Shown: positions 54,231 to 64,000, counted from the stretch's first letter. The stretch: DNA of 64,000 nt from Acidimicrobiia bacterium (GCA_030066875.1 JASJAS010000005.1:6080-70079); one strand, 5' to 3'. The notes: generated by a model not told the origin, from the sequence alone. Program-made: numbers and translations.

Positions 54231-55285
54231 GTGGCCTCGAGGCACGGGTGCATGTCGAGCGCAGCGCGCAGTTCCGCTTGGATGTCGAGCTGACCATCCC
54301 CGAAGGTCGCACCGTCGCGCTGCTCGGTCCAAACGGGGCCGGCAAGTCGACGGCCGTCGCCACCCTTGCCGGGTTGACCCCGCTGCAGGCCGGGCACATC
54401 AAACTGGACGGACGGGTGCTGGACGACCCGGCTGCCGCGCGGTTCGTCCCGCCGGAGGAACGGCAGATTGGCGTCGTGTTCCAGGACTATGTGCTGTTTC
54501 CTCACCTGACGGTGGCCGAGAACGTTGCTTTCGGATTGCGTAGCGGTGGATCTACGCGCGCCGAAGTGAAGTCGGAGGTAGTGCGTTGGCTGGACAGGTT
54601 CGGGCTCGGCGACTTGGCGGTGGCGCGACCACCAGACCTGTCCGGCGGCCAGGCACAGCAGGTGGCACTGGCGCGAGCGTTGATAACGGAACCGAAGATG
54701 CTGCTTCTCGACGAACCGCTGGCGGCGCTGGATGTCACCACGCGGGCACAACTCCGCCACGAGTTGATCGACCACCTCGAGGGCTTCTCGGGTCCCCGTC
54801 TGCTGATCACCCACGATCCCACCGAAGCCTTCCTGCTGGCCGACGAGATCTACATCATCGAAGGCGGCCGGATTACACAGGTCGGCAGCGCCGACGACAT
54901 TCGGATCCGACCGCGTACCAGCTACATCGCCGACCTTGCCGGGTCAAACCTGCTGGTTGGATCTGCGGCCGCGGGAATAGTGATGGTGGAAGGTTTTGAG
55001 CTCCTAGTCGGAGATACGCACATCTCGGGCCCGGTTCTGGCGACCGTGCACCCTCGGGCCATTTCGGTGCACCGTCGGCATCCCGAGGGCAGCCCGCGCA
55101 ACACATGGCAGACAGAGATCCTGCGTATCGAACACTACGGGGATCGGGTACGGCTACGCACAGGCGATCCACTTCCGCTGACCGCCGAAGTCACCCCGGT
55201 GGCGGCGGAGGCCCTGGCTCTCTCCGCGGGGTCAAAGGTCTGGATCTCCGTCAAGGCAACCGAGATCGGTGTCGAGGCCGATTGA
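54215..55285 (+). CDS. modC: Molybdate ABC transporter ATP-binding protein with a TOBE-like C-terminal domain
   Basis: Walker A GPNGAGKST, signature LSGGQAQ, Walker B LLLLDEP, plus a roughly 120-aa C-terminal extension. Confidence 0.8.
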   Translation: MAALVSGLEARVHVERSAQFRLDVELTIPEGRTVALLGPNGAGKSTAVATLAGLTPLQAGHIKLDGRVLDDPAAARFVPPEERQIGVVFQDYVLFPHLTVAENVAFGLRSGGSTRAEVKSEVVRWLDRFGLGDLAVARPPDLSGGQAQQVALARALITEPKMLLLDEPLAALDVTTRAQLRHELIDHLEGFSGPRLLITHDPTEAFLLADEIYIIEGGRITQVGSADDIRIRPRTSYIADLAGSNLLVGSAAAGIVMVEGFELLVGDTHISGPVLATVHPRAISVHRRHPEGSPRNTWQTEILRIEHYGDRVRLRTGDPLPLTAEVTPVAAEALALSAGSKVWISVKATEIGVEAD

Positions 55286-55293
55286 TGCGAGCG

Positions 55294-55647
55294 TCAGTCG
55301 CGGCTCGTACACCAAGAGTCGATGACTGCCAGCAGGTCATCGGTCGCCGCCACCACCTCGGCTTCGTCTGTGAACTTCATGTACCGGGCAGTGTCGCCGC
55401 CCCCTTCCAGGCGGGCGTGATCCCCAGGGATTGAAGCTCCCGTGTGGAACATGAGGGAGACGTGCGACTTGGTACGCGGGTTGAAGCTGGCCATGTTTCC
55501 CTTGTACATGAAGGTCGGGCTCTTCCACTTGATGGTCTCGGTCATGCGCTCGTCCGACAAGATGATCTCGCGCACCCGCTGCACGAGTTCCTTCATGGGG
55601 TTTTCGTACTCGTCGAACCAAGCGTCGACCTCGGGGCTCCGGTTCAT
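55294..55647 (-). CDS. DUF1801-domain protein
   Basis: ETIKWKSPTFMYKGNMASF pattern. An upstream alternative start lies at 55725. Confidence 0.6.
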   Translation of the reverse strand: MNRSPEVDAWFDEYENPMKELVQRVREIILSDERMTETIKWKSPTFMYKGNMASFNPRTKSHVSLMFHTGASIPGDHARLEGGGDTARYMKFTDEAEVVAATDDLLAVIDSWCTSRD

Positions 55648-55736
55648 GGCGGCAAGGCTAGCGGGCCCGTTCCGGCCGTAGCGGCGCTGATCCTGCCCAC
55701 GCCGCCCGAAGATTGGATTGCTCAAGACAGGCCTGA

Positions 55737-56534
55737 TTGGTGACGAAGATCCGTCAAGTGAGCATGTTCAAGGGATCGCTGAGGATCCCCAACACCACAG
55801 ATACGATCGATGCCGTCTTCGAGGTCGGTGCAGAGTCGCTGCGTGTCACGACGGGCGATGAAGTGCTCGGGGACTGGTCGCTGACCGAGGTCGCGGTGGA
55901 AGACCGCGGCGATGGACTTCTGGTCACACTCGATGGGGAGAGCGTCATCGTCGATGTTCCCGACCGCAACGGCTTCGCTGCGGCACTTGGTCCACCGACG
56001 AAGTCGCGCAGGTCTCGCGCCAAGAAATCGCGTGCGCCCAAATCGCGGTCGAAAGCGGGACGTCCCGATAGTCGACCCAAATCCGATGCCGCACCCCCCG
56101 GACGGCCCCGAGCAGGGCGGGTTCCAAGCCTTCCGATACGCCGCCGGACCGAGAAAGCGGTCGAGGACTCGAGCCGGACCGGAGCTCCGCAAGAGCGGAA
56201 GAGTCTCTCTGATGTGCTGGGCATGACCCTTGCGGGTGTCCGGGCCGCGCTGAGCATTGACAACTGGAGGGAATGGCTTCAGGACCCAACGGTTCGCTGG
56301 TCCATCGCGTCCGTCGGTGTCATCTTGTTCGCCCTTTTGGCGCTGTTTGCGACCAATACTCTCGGGATGATCCTGGTGCTTGCCGGGATGGTCGGCCTGA
56401 TCATTGCTGCGCTGGCAGTTTCGGACGATCTGGACGCCTTCCGCCTGATGCCCAACTTCATTTCGGAGACCGGTCTGGTGATCAGCGGCGCAGTTGCCAT
56501 GGCAATCGGCGGCTTGTTGATTCTGATCGGCTAG
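55737..56534 (+). CDS. Hypothetical membrane protein (soluble N-domain, basic linker, C-terminal TM helices)
   Basis: Coherent ORF with three C-terminal hydrophobic helices. The 297-aa antisense ORF is Arg/Gly-rich and is rejected. The start may be the ATG at 55764. Confidence 0.5.
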   Translation: MVTKIRQVSMFKGSLRIPNTTDTIDAVFEVGAESLRVTTGDEVLGDWSLTEVAVEDRGDGLLVTLDGESVIVDVPDRNGFAAALGPPTKSRRSRAKKSRAPKSRSKAGRPDSRPKSDAAPPGRPRAGRVPSLPIRRRTEKAVEDSSRTGAPQERKSLSDVLGMTLAGVRAALSIDNWREWLQDPTVRWSIASVGVILFALLALFATNTLGMILVLAGMVGLIIAALAVSDDLDAFRLMPNFISETGLVISGAVAMAIGGLLILIG

Positions 56535-56863
56535 GTGCTGAAAAGCGTCAGAACCATGATGCTTGGCTCTAGGGCCCGTACGGCGTGATTCAACCGTGCC
56601 GGCATGTGCACCCACGACTTGGAGTCGATGGTGCTCGAATCACTGCCCAGCTTGACCTCCAGCCTTCCGGATAGAACTTGGATCAACGCAGGGCGGTCAG
56701 CCGAATGATCCGTGAGCTCTTGATCGCGGTCGAATGCAAACAGAACGACCCTCACCTGATCATCCCTGTAAAGGACACGACTCAGCGTGCCCTGCTCGGG
56801 AATCTCTACATTGTCGGTGACGTCGGCGAAGACGGTTCCTCGAAGTTCGCCGGAGCTGGTCAT
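56531..56863 (-). CDS. Cupin-domain protein
   Basis: HSADRPALIQVLSGRLEV..VHMPARLNH motifs. It overlaps the upstream Qor gene by 4 nt. Confidence 0.65.
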   Translation of the reverse strand: MTSSGELRGTVFADVTDNVEIPEQGTLSRVLYRDDQVRVVLFAFDRDQELTDHSADRPALIQVLSGRLEVKLGSDSSTIDSKSWVHMPARLNHAVRALEPSIMVLTLFST

Positions 56864-57828
56864 GGTACGAGCAGCACCTTTCCGGCCGTTTGGCGACCCT
56901 CGAGCATACGGTGCGCCGCCGCGGCTTCGCTGAGCGGCATCGTGCGATCGATACGGATCTCCAGCTCGCCGCTACTGGTCATTCTGAACAGGTCGTCGGT
57001 TCTTGCCTGTAGTTCGGTTCGAGTTGCGATGTAGGCGCCCATGGTGGGGCGGGTCACATACAAGGACCCCAGCCTGGAGAGTGCTCCAAGATCAAACGGC
57101 GGCACCACACCGCTCGATTGACCGAACAGGACCATCAGCCCTCGCGGCTTGAGGAGAGTGAGGCCCGGCTCGAACGTTGCGGCGCCTACCCCGTCATAGA
57201 CGACATCGAGCGAGCGGTCACCAGCTATCTGTTCGACGGCCTCTACGAAGTTGTCCTCCTTGTAGTTGATGACGTGGGTGGCGCCGGCTTCGCTCGCCAG
57301 ACGTGCCTTGGCGTCGGTCGACACCGTGGTGAAAACCTCGGCACCCACCCGGCGCGCCAGCTGGATGAGGAGCCTGCCGACACCCCCCGCTCCCGCGTGG
57401 ATCAGGCACCGATGGCCGGAGCGCAGTCGAAACGTGTCGATGGCCAGATAGTGCGCCGTGATTCCCTGGAGCATGATGGCGGCGGCGTTCATCAAAGGCG
57501 TCGCTTCTGGGACTCTGACGGCTCTATCGGCCGCGATGACGACGAGTTCGCTGTACGACCCAAGTTGATCGGTCCAGGCTACGCGGTCGCCTGGCACGAA
57601 GTCGGTCACGCCGTCACCGACATCTTCGACGATACCGGCGCCCTCGAGGCCTGGTACGAAAGGCAGACCGAGAGGGTAGATGCCGCTCCGGTGATACGTG
57701 TCTATGTAGTTGATCCCGGCAGCGACTATCGATACGAGAAGTTCTCCCGGGCCGAGGGAGCTGGCCGAGCTTTCTTCCCACGTGAGAACCTCGGGTCCTC
57801 CGGTTTGGTGCACGACTACTGATTGCAT
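56860..57828 (-). CDS. qor: NADPH:quinone oxidoreductase-like MDR-family protein
   Basis: AAGINYIDT and HAGAGGVG motifs typical of zeta-crystallin-type quinone reductases. Confidence 0.75.
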   Translation of the reverse strand: MQSVVVHQTGGPEVLTWEESSASSLGPGELLVSIVAAGINYIDTYHRSGIYPLGLPFVPGLEGAGIVEDVGDGVTDFVPGDRVAWTDQLGSYSELVVIAADRAVRVPEATPLMNAAAIMLQGITAHYLAIDTFRLRSGHRCLIHAGAGGVGRLLIQLARRVGAEVFTTVSTDAKARLASEAGATHVINYKEDNFVEAVEQIAGDRSLDVVYDGVGAATFEPGLTLLKPRGLMVLFGQSSGVVPPFDLGALSRLGSLYVTRPTMGAYIATRTELQARTDDLFRMTSSGELEIRIDRTMPLSEAAAAHRMLEGRQTAGKVLLVP

Positions 57829-57896
57829 GTTCTGAGATTAACGACCGGCCGACCGGCGGCGCATGCTTGATAGTGTGCTCGTAGCCGGCAACGGAG

Positions 57897-59528
57897 ATGA
57901 GGATGGACTTCGACCTAGCCGAACCGCATTGGGAAGAGCTGCGCGATTACCAGGAGCAGAACCGTTTCGACCTTCGTGAGCAGTTTGCCGCAGACCCGCA
58001 GCGCGCTGTCCGGTTCACTTACACCGCCGGCGATCTCATTGTCGATTTGTCGAAACACCTGATCGATGAGGGTGTTCTCACCAGGCTGGTGGCATTGGGT
58101 GAAGCTTGCTCGTTGGAGCAGCGGATCGCTGCGATGTTTCGCGGCGACCCGATCAACACCACAGAGAATCGGGCCGTCCTGCACGTCGCCTTGCGCGCCC
58201 AACCGGGTGACACCTTCAAGGTGGATGGGGTCGACGTCGTTGCCGACGTCCGCAGCGTGCTGACGGCAATGCGGTCCTTCTCCGACCGGGTACGCCAAGG
58301 CGATTGGCTCGGGCATACCGGCAACAGGATTCGCACAGTGGTCAACATTGGAATCGGCGGCTCCGATCTTGGCCCGGCGATGGCCTACGAGGCACTGCGT
58401 CACTACCGAAGCCCGGATATCGATGTCCGGTTCGTGAGCAACGTCGATCCTGCTCATCTGGTTGCACAGCTGGCCGGCGCAGATCCGGAAGCGACTCTCT
58501 TCGTGATTGCATCGAAGACGTTCACCACGCTCGAGACGATGACCAACGCCCGGGCTGCGAAGAGCTGGCTGTTGGATCGGCTGGGTGGTGACGAGAGCGC
58601 GATCGCCAAACACTTCGTGGCGGTGTCGACCAACGCAACAGCAGTTGCCGATTTCGGAATCGACCCCGCCAACATGTTCGGTTTCTGGGATTGGGTAGGC
58701 GGGCGTTATTCGTTCGACTCGGCAATTGGCCTGCCGTTGATGATCGCGATCGGTGCCGATGCCTTCGAGGACATGCTCGACGGGTTCCGGACCATCGATC
58801 GGCACTTCCGATCGACACCGCTGGAGCGAAACGTACCGGCACTACTCGGCTTGCTCGGGGTCTGGTACCGCAACATCGTTGGTCATCCAACCTACGCCGT
58901 GCTGCCGTACTCGCAGGATCTTCACCGATTCCCGGCCTACCTGCAGCAGCTCGATATGGAGTCAAATGGCAAGAGAGTCAGACTCGACGGCTCAGCCGTG
59001 CCCGGCGACACCGGGCCGATCGTGTGGGGGGAGGCCGGCACCAACGGACAGCATGCCTTCTACCAGCTGCTGCACCAGGGAACCAGCGTGGTTCCCGCCG
59101 ATCTCATCGGGTTCCTCGAGGCGAATGACGATCTCGGTGAGCAGCATGACCTGTTGATGGCCAACTTGTTTGCCCAATCGGAAGCCCTGGCATTCGGCAA
59201 GACCGCCGCCGAAGTCGGCGCTGCGGGCGTGAGTCCTGAGTTGATACCCCATCGAACCTTCCCAGGCAATCGACCCACTTCGGTGATCCTTGCCCCGAAG
59301 CTGACCCCGTCCGTTCTCGGCCAGTTGGTCGCTCTATACGAGCACAAGGTGTTCGTCCAGGGAGCCATCTGGGGGATCAACTCGTTTGACCAATGGGGGG
59401 TCGAGCTGGGGAAGGTCCTTGCGTCACAGATCATCGAGGAACTGGGGGCGGAGCAACCCGATCTCAGCCACGATTCTTCGACGAATGCCTTGATCGAACG
59501 CTACAAGGCTCACAAGCGGCGGCTCTAG
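57897..59528 (+). CDS. pgi: Glucose-6-phosphate isomerase
   Basis: [25 protein letters not shown] and [15 protein letters not shown] signatures. Confidence 0.9.
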   Translation: MRMDFDLAEPHWEELRDYQEQNRFDLREQFAADPQRAVRFTYTAGDLIVDLSKHLIDEGVLTRLVALGEACSLEQRIAAMFRGDPINTTENRAVLHVALRAQPGDTFKVDGVDVVADVRSVLTAMRSFSDRVRQGDWLGHTGNRIRTVVNIGIGGSDLGPAMAYEALRHYRSPDIDVRFVSNVDPAHLVAQLAGADPEATLFVIASKTFTTLETMTNARAAKSWLLDRLGGDESAIAKHFVAVSTNATAVADFGIDPANMFGFWDWVGGRYSFDSAIGLPLMIAIGADAFEDMLDGFRTIDRHFRSTPLERNVPALLGLLGVWYRNIVGHPTYAVLPYSQDLHRFPAYLQQLDMESNGKRVRLDGSAVPGDTGPIVWGEAGTNGQHAFYQLLHQGTSVVPADLIGFLEANDDLGEQHDLLMANLFAQSEALAFGKTAAEVGAAGVSPELIPHRTFPGNRPTSVILAPKLTPSVLGQLVALYEHKVFVQGAIWGINSFDQWGVELGKVLASQIIEELGAEQPDLSHDSSTNALIERYKAHKRRL

Positions 59529-59537
59529 CCACTTGAT

Positions 59538-59963
59538 TCAGCCAGCCGGCGCCACTCCGAGCGAGCTCATCAACTCCCGCACCCGCAGCTCGATCTCGTC
59601 ACGAACCTCGCGGACGACCTCGATCGGCTGACCCGCCGGGTCGGTCAGATCCCAGTCCTCGTAGCGCTTCCCGGGGTAGAACGGGCAGACGTCACCACAA
59701 CCCATGGTGACAACAACGTCGGCTGCACGGACGACATCGTCGGTCCATAGCTTCGGTTGCCGATCCCCCATGTCGATGCCGACCTCGGCCATTGCCTTTA
59801 CCGCGGCCGTGTTGATCTCCGCCGCGGGCGCTGACCCGCCCGAGTAGACGTCGATACTGTCGTCGGCAAGGTGGCCCAACCAGGCCGCGGCCATCTGGGA
59901 GCGTCCTGCGTTGTGCACGCACATAAAGAGCACGGCCGGCTTGCTTGGTTTGTCGCGGTTCAT
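59538..59963 (-). CDS. arsC: Arsenate reductase of the LMW-PTP fold (thioredoxin/mycothiol-coupled type)
   Basis: FMCVHNAGRSQMA P-loop and the TMGCGDVCP second Cys pair. Confidence 0.65.
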   Translation of the reverse strand: MNRDKPSKPAVLFMCVHNAGRSQMAAAWLGHLADDSIDVYSGGSAPAAEINTAAVKAMAEVGIDMGDRQPKLWTDDVVRAADVVVTMGCGDVCPFYPGKRYEDWDLTDPAGQPIEVVREVRDEIELRVRELMSSLGVAPAG

Positions 59964-60055
59964 GGCAGCCACATCTCCCTTCTTTTGGGAGCCTACAAGC
60001 AACAGACAAACAACTCCGACATAGCGTCGGCGCAGGTGAGCAATACGATGGTCAC

Positions 60056-60862
60056 ATGACGGAACCGGCGACAGTTAATTCCTCACGAACGCGGTGGCGC
60101 TCGATAGCGCTGCCGACCGAACACGGCGGCTGGGGCTTCACCCTGGAACCGATCCTGCTCGGCCTGCTTGTTGCGCCGTCACCGGCGGCGTGGGAACTCT
60201 CGGTTGCCGCGCTGGCCGTGTTCCTCGCACGCAGACCGACAAAGCTGGTCATCACCGATTTGGTGCGGCGTCGCTGGTTACGAAGAACCTCAGTCGCGCT
60301 GGGCTTCGTCGGCGGCTACGGGGCCCTGGCCTTGGCCGGGCTGGCTGGAGCTGTCGTTACCGCCGAGGCCGCCTTCTGGTCGCCGCTTCTAGTTGCGGCC
60401 CCGTTGGCCGCCATCGCCCTCTACGCCGACTCCCAGAGCCAGAGCCGGGGATTGGTTCCGGAAATCGCAGGGTCCAGCTCGATGGGCGCCACCGTGGCAA
60501 TGATCGCCCTCGCCGATGGTTGGGAACCGGCGGCTGCTTTCGGGCTCTGGGCCGTACTGGTGGCGCGGGCGGTGACCACGGTCGTGCTGGTGCGCGGCCA
60601 GATCCGGCGGGTTCACGGCAGGCCGGTGGGCGCCGGCCGCATCTACGCCACCCAAGGGCTCACTGTGCTGGTGGTGGCCGCGGGTGCAGCGGCCGAAATT
60701 CTTCCCTGGTTGTCGGTTATTGCGATAGCCGCAATCGGGTTGGTGGCATACGTGTCGTTGCAGCGGCCACCGGCAGCTGCCCGAGTTGTCGGTTGGACGC
60801 AAATCACTGTCGGGCTGTGTGTCGTGCTTCTCACCGCCGTCGGGATCCGGGCGGGGTGGTAA
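60056..60862 (+). CDS. YwiC-like family membrane protein
   Basis: TEHGGWGFTLEPILLGLLVAP N-terminal motif and a polytopic body. The ATG at 60056 is used. Confidence 0.6.
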   Translation: MTEPATVNSSRTRWRSIALPTEHGGWGFTLEPILLGLLVAPSPAAWELSVAALAVFLARRPTKLVITDLVRRRWLRRTSVALGFVGGYGALALAGLAGAVVTAEAAFWSPLLVAAPLAAIALYADSQSQSRGLVPEIAGSSSMGATVAMIALADGWEPAAAFGLWAVLVARAVTTVVLVRGQIRRVHGRPVGAGRIYATQGLTVLVVAAGAAAEILPWLSVIAIAAIGLVAYVSLQRPPAAARVVGWTQITVGLCVVLLTAVGIRAGW

Positions 60863-60866
60863 TCGG

Positions 60867-61193
60867 CTAGCCGGTCCAGTGGACCCGGCACCATGTGCGC
60901 CGCTCACACTCCGGGCACTGCATCCACCGGCTGTACTTCTTGCCGGGTATCCAGGCTGAGATGAAGGCAATCCGTACGAGCGCTTCGATGGTCGTCATGC
61001 GGGTGTGATTGAGGCAATTGGAGCACGCAACGACGACTGTTCCGGAGCGGCGGGGCCCGGCGCTGTAGAGGGCGTGCCTGCCTTCGGCGTGATCCCCGCC
61101 TACCAGGGGCTCCTGGTCGAGATGGTCGTCGGCCGGTTCCATCGGAGGCGGGCTGAAGAGGGCGCTCTTGCCGAGCGGATCATTGCTGGTCAT
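60867..61193 (-). CDS. Small zinc-ribbon-like protein (CSNC .. CPEC)
   Basis: 108 aa, with its start overlapping the ParA stop as ATGA. The longer 236-aa ORF is an Arg/Pro-rich extension through the ParA gene. Confidence 0.5.
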   Translation of the reverse strand: MTSNDPLGKSALFSPPPMEPADDHLDQEPLVGGDHAEGRHALYSAGPRRSGTVVVACSNCLNHTRMTTIEALVRIAFISAWIPGKKYSRWMQCPECERRTWCRVHWTG

Positions 61194-61948
61194 ACCTTGC
61201 TCGCAATCGTTGACGCCAACTCGCGGTAGGCCAACGCCGGTTTCGATGACTTGGCGTGGGCGAGCACAGAGCGCCCCTTTCCCGGCGCCTCGGCCACTCG
61301 GACCGATTTCGGGATTGGTGGCGGGAGTACGTGGAGGCCGTATTGCTCCTCGACCGCAGCGAGTACTTCGTGTGCCAGCCGGGTCCTTCCATCGAACAGC
61401 GTGGCGACGCCGCCCAGGATCTCCAGGTCGTCGTTGGTGAACGCCCGAACATCGGCAACGGTCTCGAGGAGTTGTCCAACGCCGCGGTGGCTGAGTGTGT
61501 CGCATTGGAACGGGATCGCGACGAGGTCGGCGGCTGTGAGTCCATTGATTGTGAGGATTCCCAGAGAGGGACCGCAATCGACCAGAAGGTAGTCGTAGTG
61601 TCCGACGAGCGGCTTGAGCGCTCGAGCTAGTACGAATTCGCGCCCGGTCTTCGTCAGCAGGTGTACCTCCGCACCCGCGAGATCAATCGAGGACGGGAGC
61701 AGCGAGGGGCCTGAATCGAGTTCGACGACGACATCCTTTGTCTGCACGCGGCCTGCGAAGACGTCATGCATTGTCGACTCGAGTGCCTCCGGATCGATGC
61801 CCATCGCGTAGGTCAGACAGGCCTGGGGATCGAGGTCAACCAGCAGGACGTTCTTGCCCAACTCGACAAATGCATCGCCGAGCGAGTGGACCGTCGTTGT
61901 CTTGGCGACTCCGCCCTTCTGGTTTGCGAAGGCAATTGTCGAACCCAT
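61190..61948 (-). CDS. ParA/Soj-family ATPase (orphan)
   Basis: Deviant Walker A NQKGGVAKTT. Confidence 0.85.
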   Translation of the reverse strand: MGSTIAFANQKGGVAKTTTVHSLGDAFVELGKNVLLVDLDPQACLTYAMGIDPEALESTMHDVFAGRVQTKDVVVELDSGPSLLPSSIDLAGAEVHLLTKTGREFVLARALKPLVGHYDYLLVDCGPSLGILTINGLTAADLVAIPFQCDTLSHRGVGQLLETVADVRAFTNDDLEILGGVATLFDGRTRLAHEVLAAVEEQYGLHVLPPPIPKSVRVAEAPGKGRSVLAHAKSSKPALAYRELASTIASKV

Positions 61949-61992
61949 CGCCGGGATTCTAATGATGAGGGCAGTAGCCCGACTCGCCGATC

Positions 61993-63462
61993 TCAGACGT
62001 TGTAGTTGGTCGACGCGACGTTCCCGCCGGTTCCCGTCCAGTTGGTGTGGAAGAACTCGCCTCGCTCCCGGTCGACCCGTTCGTAGGTGTGCGCTCCGAA
62101 GTAGTCGCGCTGGGCTTGGATCAGGTTCGCGGCAACCCGATCCGATCGGTAACTATCAAAGAACGACAGCGCCGAGCTATAGGCGGGCACGGGGATACCT
62201 GCGATTGCGGCACGTGCCACGGTTCTGCGCCAGCCGTCCTGGGCGTTCGCGACCGCCGACCCGAAGAAGTCGCTGAGCAGGATGTTGGGGAGATCGGGAT
62301 CCGCCGCATAGACATCCATCAATTCGCCCAGGAACCGAGATCTGATGATGCATCCCCCACGCCACATCGCAGCAATCGAGGAGAAGTCCAGATCCCATCC
62401 GAACTCCGCAGCGGCGGCATCCAAGAGCATGAAACCCTGGGCGTAGGAAACGATCTTCGACGCGTATACCGCGGCGTGGAGATCCGACACGATCTCGTTG
62501 GGATCACCGGCGATAGCGCTGTCAGGTCCGACCAGGGTTCCGGCAGCCGATCGACGCTGCTCGAGAAGTGACGAAATCACGCGGGCGTAGACGGCTTCGG
62601 CGACAAGGGTGGTCGGCTGACCCAAATCCATCGAGGAGACCACCGTCCATTTGCCGGTTCCCTTCTGACTGGCAGTGTCCAGGATCTTCTCGAGCAGTGG
62701 GTCGCCGTCATCGTCGGCGGTGCCCATGATGTTTGTTGTGATCTCCACGAGATAGGAGTCGAGAGGCCCGGAGTTCCAATCGGCAAAGACCTTCTGCATG
62801 TCGCGATGGCCCATGCCCAGCCCGCGGTGCATCACGTCGTAGGCCTCAGCGAGCACCTGCATGTCGCCGTACTCGATGCCGTTGTGGACCATCTTCAGGT
62901 AGTGACCGGCTCCGTCGGAACCGACCCAGTCACAGCACGGTCGGCCATCGACCGAAGCCGCGATTGACTGGAAGATGTCCTTGAAGTGCGGCCAGGCCGC
63001 CTCGCTTCCGCCCGGCATGATCGAAGGCCCGTAGCGCGCGCCTTCCTTGCCACCTGATATGCCGCAACCGACGTAGTGGAGCCCCATCGCTTCGAGTTGT
63101 CTGGTACGTCTGATCGAATCGGTGAACAGCGAGTTCCCGCCATCGATGACTATGTCGCCCGGATCGAGGAAAGGAAGCAGGGAATCGATCGTTGCGTCAA
63201 CCGCCTCTCCGGCCTTGACCATGAGCAAGATCCTGCGCGGTCTGCGGAGCAGGGCGACGAAATCCTCGATGCTGTGGGCTCCGAGCACAGACGTCCCTGC
63301 GGCGTCACCCGCAAGAAACTCGTCGACTCGGGCGGTGGTGCGGTTGTAGACAGCAACGGTGACACCGTGGTCATTCATGTTCAGAACGAGGTTGCGGCCC
63401 ATGACCGCAAGGCCGATCACGCCGAAGTCTGCGCTCCGCTGTATCTGTTGTTGAGCTGCCAC
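61993..63462 (-). CDS. gnd: 6-phosphogluconate dehydrogenase (decarboxylating)
   Basis: GVIGLAVMGRNL Rossmann motif and a 489-aa Gnd-like body (GISGGKEGARYGPSIMPGG). Confidence 0.9.
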   Translation of the reverse strand: MAAQQQIQRSADFGVIGLAVMGRNLVLNMNDHGVTVAVYNRTTARVDEFLAGDAAGTSVLGAHSIEDFVALLRRPRRILLMVKAGEAVDATIDSLLPFLDPGDIVIDGGNSLFTDSIRRTRQLEAMGLHYVGCGISGGKEGARYGPSIMPGGSEAAWPHFKDIFQSIAASVDGRPCCDWVGSDGAGHYLKMVHNGIEYGDMQVLAEAYDVMHRGLGMGHRDMQKVFADWNSGPLDSYLVEITTNIMGTADDDGDPLLEKILDTASQKGTGKWTVVSSMDLGQPTTLVAEAVYARVISSLLEQRRSAAGTLVGPDSAIAGDPNEIVSDLHAAVYASKIVSYAQGFMLLDAAAAEFGWDLDFSSIAAMWRGGCIIRSRFLGELMDVYAADPDLPNILLSDFFGSAVANAQDGWRRTVARAAIAGIPVPAYSSALSFFDSYRSDRVAANLIQAQRDYFGAHTYERVDRERGEFFHTNWTGTGGNVASTNYNV

Positions 63463-63531
63463 TCGGGCATCTTCGCATATGAGTTTGTTGCCGGTGACGG
63501 CGCAGACCGGTTTCCGTGCTTTGATAGGCCT

Positions 63532-64000
63532 GTGGGTCGAGTTCCTCGTGTCGTCATGCTGCTACTGCTGCTACCGGCGGTGGTTTCGTCGTGTGATTTG
63601 CAGAGCCCCGATGCCACGGAGGTGTCAGCCGCTTCGGGTGAGGTCACTGTTGCTGGCAGCTTTGACTGGTCCGTTCCTGACAGGTTCGGGCTGGACTCGA
63701 ACCGTGATGGCCGCATTGACATTCCCAACACCACTGAATACGTCCTGAACCTCGCTGCCGGCACGTGCGCTCCGGGTTGTGACGGAGTCGTTCCCACTTT
63801 CAGCGTCGTCCTCGACGCATCCGAGGTTTCCATGGTCGATGATCGGGGGGCGCCTCGGCCCATTGACACGTTCGGCTGGACCGTCTCCGGCGAAGGGATC
63901 GATCCGATCGAAGTCACCGCGGGATCGAGCCAGGCCGTCGTTGAGCTTGCTGAAGGCTCCTACGACGTGACGTTGGAGGTGCGCTCCGGCGCCGCGGTTG
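63532..64000 (+). CDS. Secreted lipoprotein, N-terminal part (3' end outside the window)
   Basis: This frame is open to the window end, so it is absent from the ORF track. GTG 63532 or ATG 63556 gives (VGRVPRVV)MLLLLLPAVVSSC, a lipobox, followed by DSNRDGRIDIPNT. The listed ORF 63479..63748 is in another frame and looks non-protein-like. Confidence 0.45.
   Translation, partial: MGRVPRVVMLLLLLPAVVSSCDLQSPDATEVSAASGEVTVAGSFDWSVPDRFGLDSNRDGRIDIPNTTEYVLNLAAGTCAPGCDGVVPTFSVVLDASEVSMVDDRGAPRPIDTFGWTVSGEGIDPIEVTAGSSQAVVELAEGSYDVTLEVRSGAAV

Noticed and set aside
63479-63748. 89-aa plus-strand ORF (MSLLPVTAQ..CCYCCYRRW..) and the 166-aa minus-strand ORF at 63417-63917.
   Set aside because: A different plus frame is open to the window end and encodes a proper signal peptide plus lipobox followed by a sensible mature sequence. 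The listed ORFs look like out-of-frame artefacts.
1-64000. Search for CRISPR arrays, tRNA or rRNA genes, transposases, integrases, prophage or toxin-antitoxin and other defence modules.
   Set aside because: No direct-repeat/spacer array, no cloverleaf-like or rRNA-like sequence, and no recombinase or phage-type ORF was found. The only tandem repeats lie inside genes (32436-32519 and 41063-41440).

Overview
High-GC, actinobacterial-type chromosomal DNA (inferred from GTG starts, an F420/LLM-type oxidoreductase and a mycothiol/thioredoxin-type ArsC). The window is densely coding, with about 70 supportable CDS. I saw no rRNA, tRNA, CRISPR array, transposase or integrase. Many long ORFs in the track are antisense artefacts typical of GC-rich DNA.

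Bases 1 to about 36.1 kb form a catabolic and transport island:
- two xanthine-dehydrogenase-family Mo-hydroxylases;
- Gfo/Idh/MocA, Zn-ADH, SDR, 2-hydroxyacid and aldehyde (MmsA-like) dehydrogenases;
- an orphan TPP-dependent E1 alpha/beta pair and a split transketolase;
- a cyclase/amidohydrolase, an MBL-fold hydrolase and cupins;
- an MFS transporter and a Liv-type ABC transporter;
- an unusual set of phosphotransfer proteins: a swivel-His protein, a truncated PPDK-like protein, a UPF0261 plus PEP-hydrolase-like pair, an HprK-like P-loop protein, an LMW-PTP and a PHP phosphatase.

The most striking signal is a conserved palindromic operator-like element, perfect form CGATAATCGATTATCG. It occurs at seven promoter-proximal intergenic positions and ties these units into one putative regulon. 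A GntR/FCD regulator sits inside the island.

The remaining 28 kb holds mixed functions:
- an FG-GAP lipoprotein pair and a Nei glycosylase;
- a 14 x 9-aa repeat protein coupled to an RDD membrane protein;
- an expanded AmmeMemoRadiSam locus with a second radical-SAM gene;
- modABC with an XRE/PBP regulator;
- pgi, gnd, arsC-like and an orphan ParA.

All functional calls come from motifs read in the supplied translations. No database search was run.
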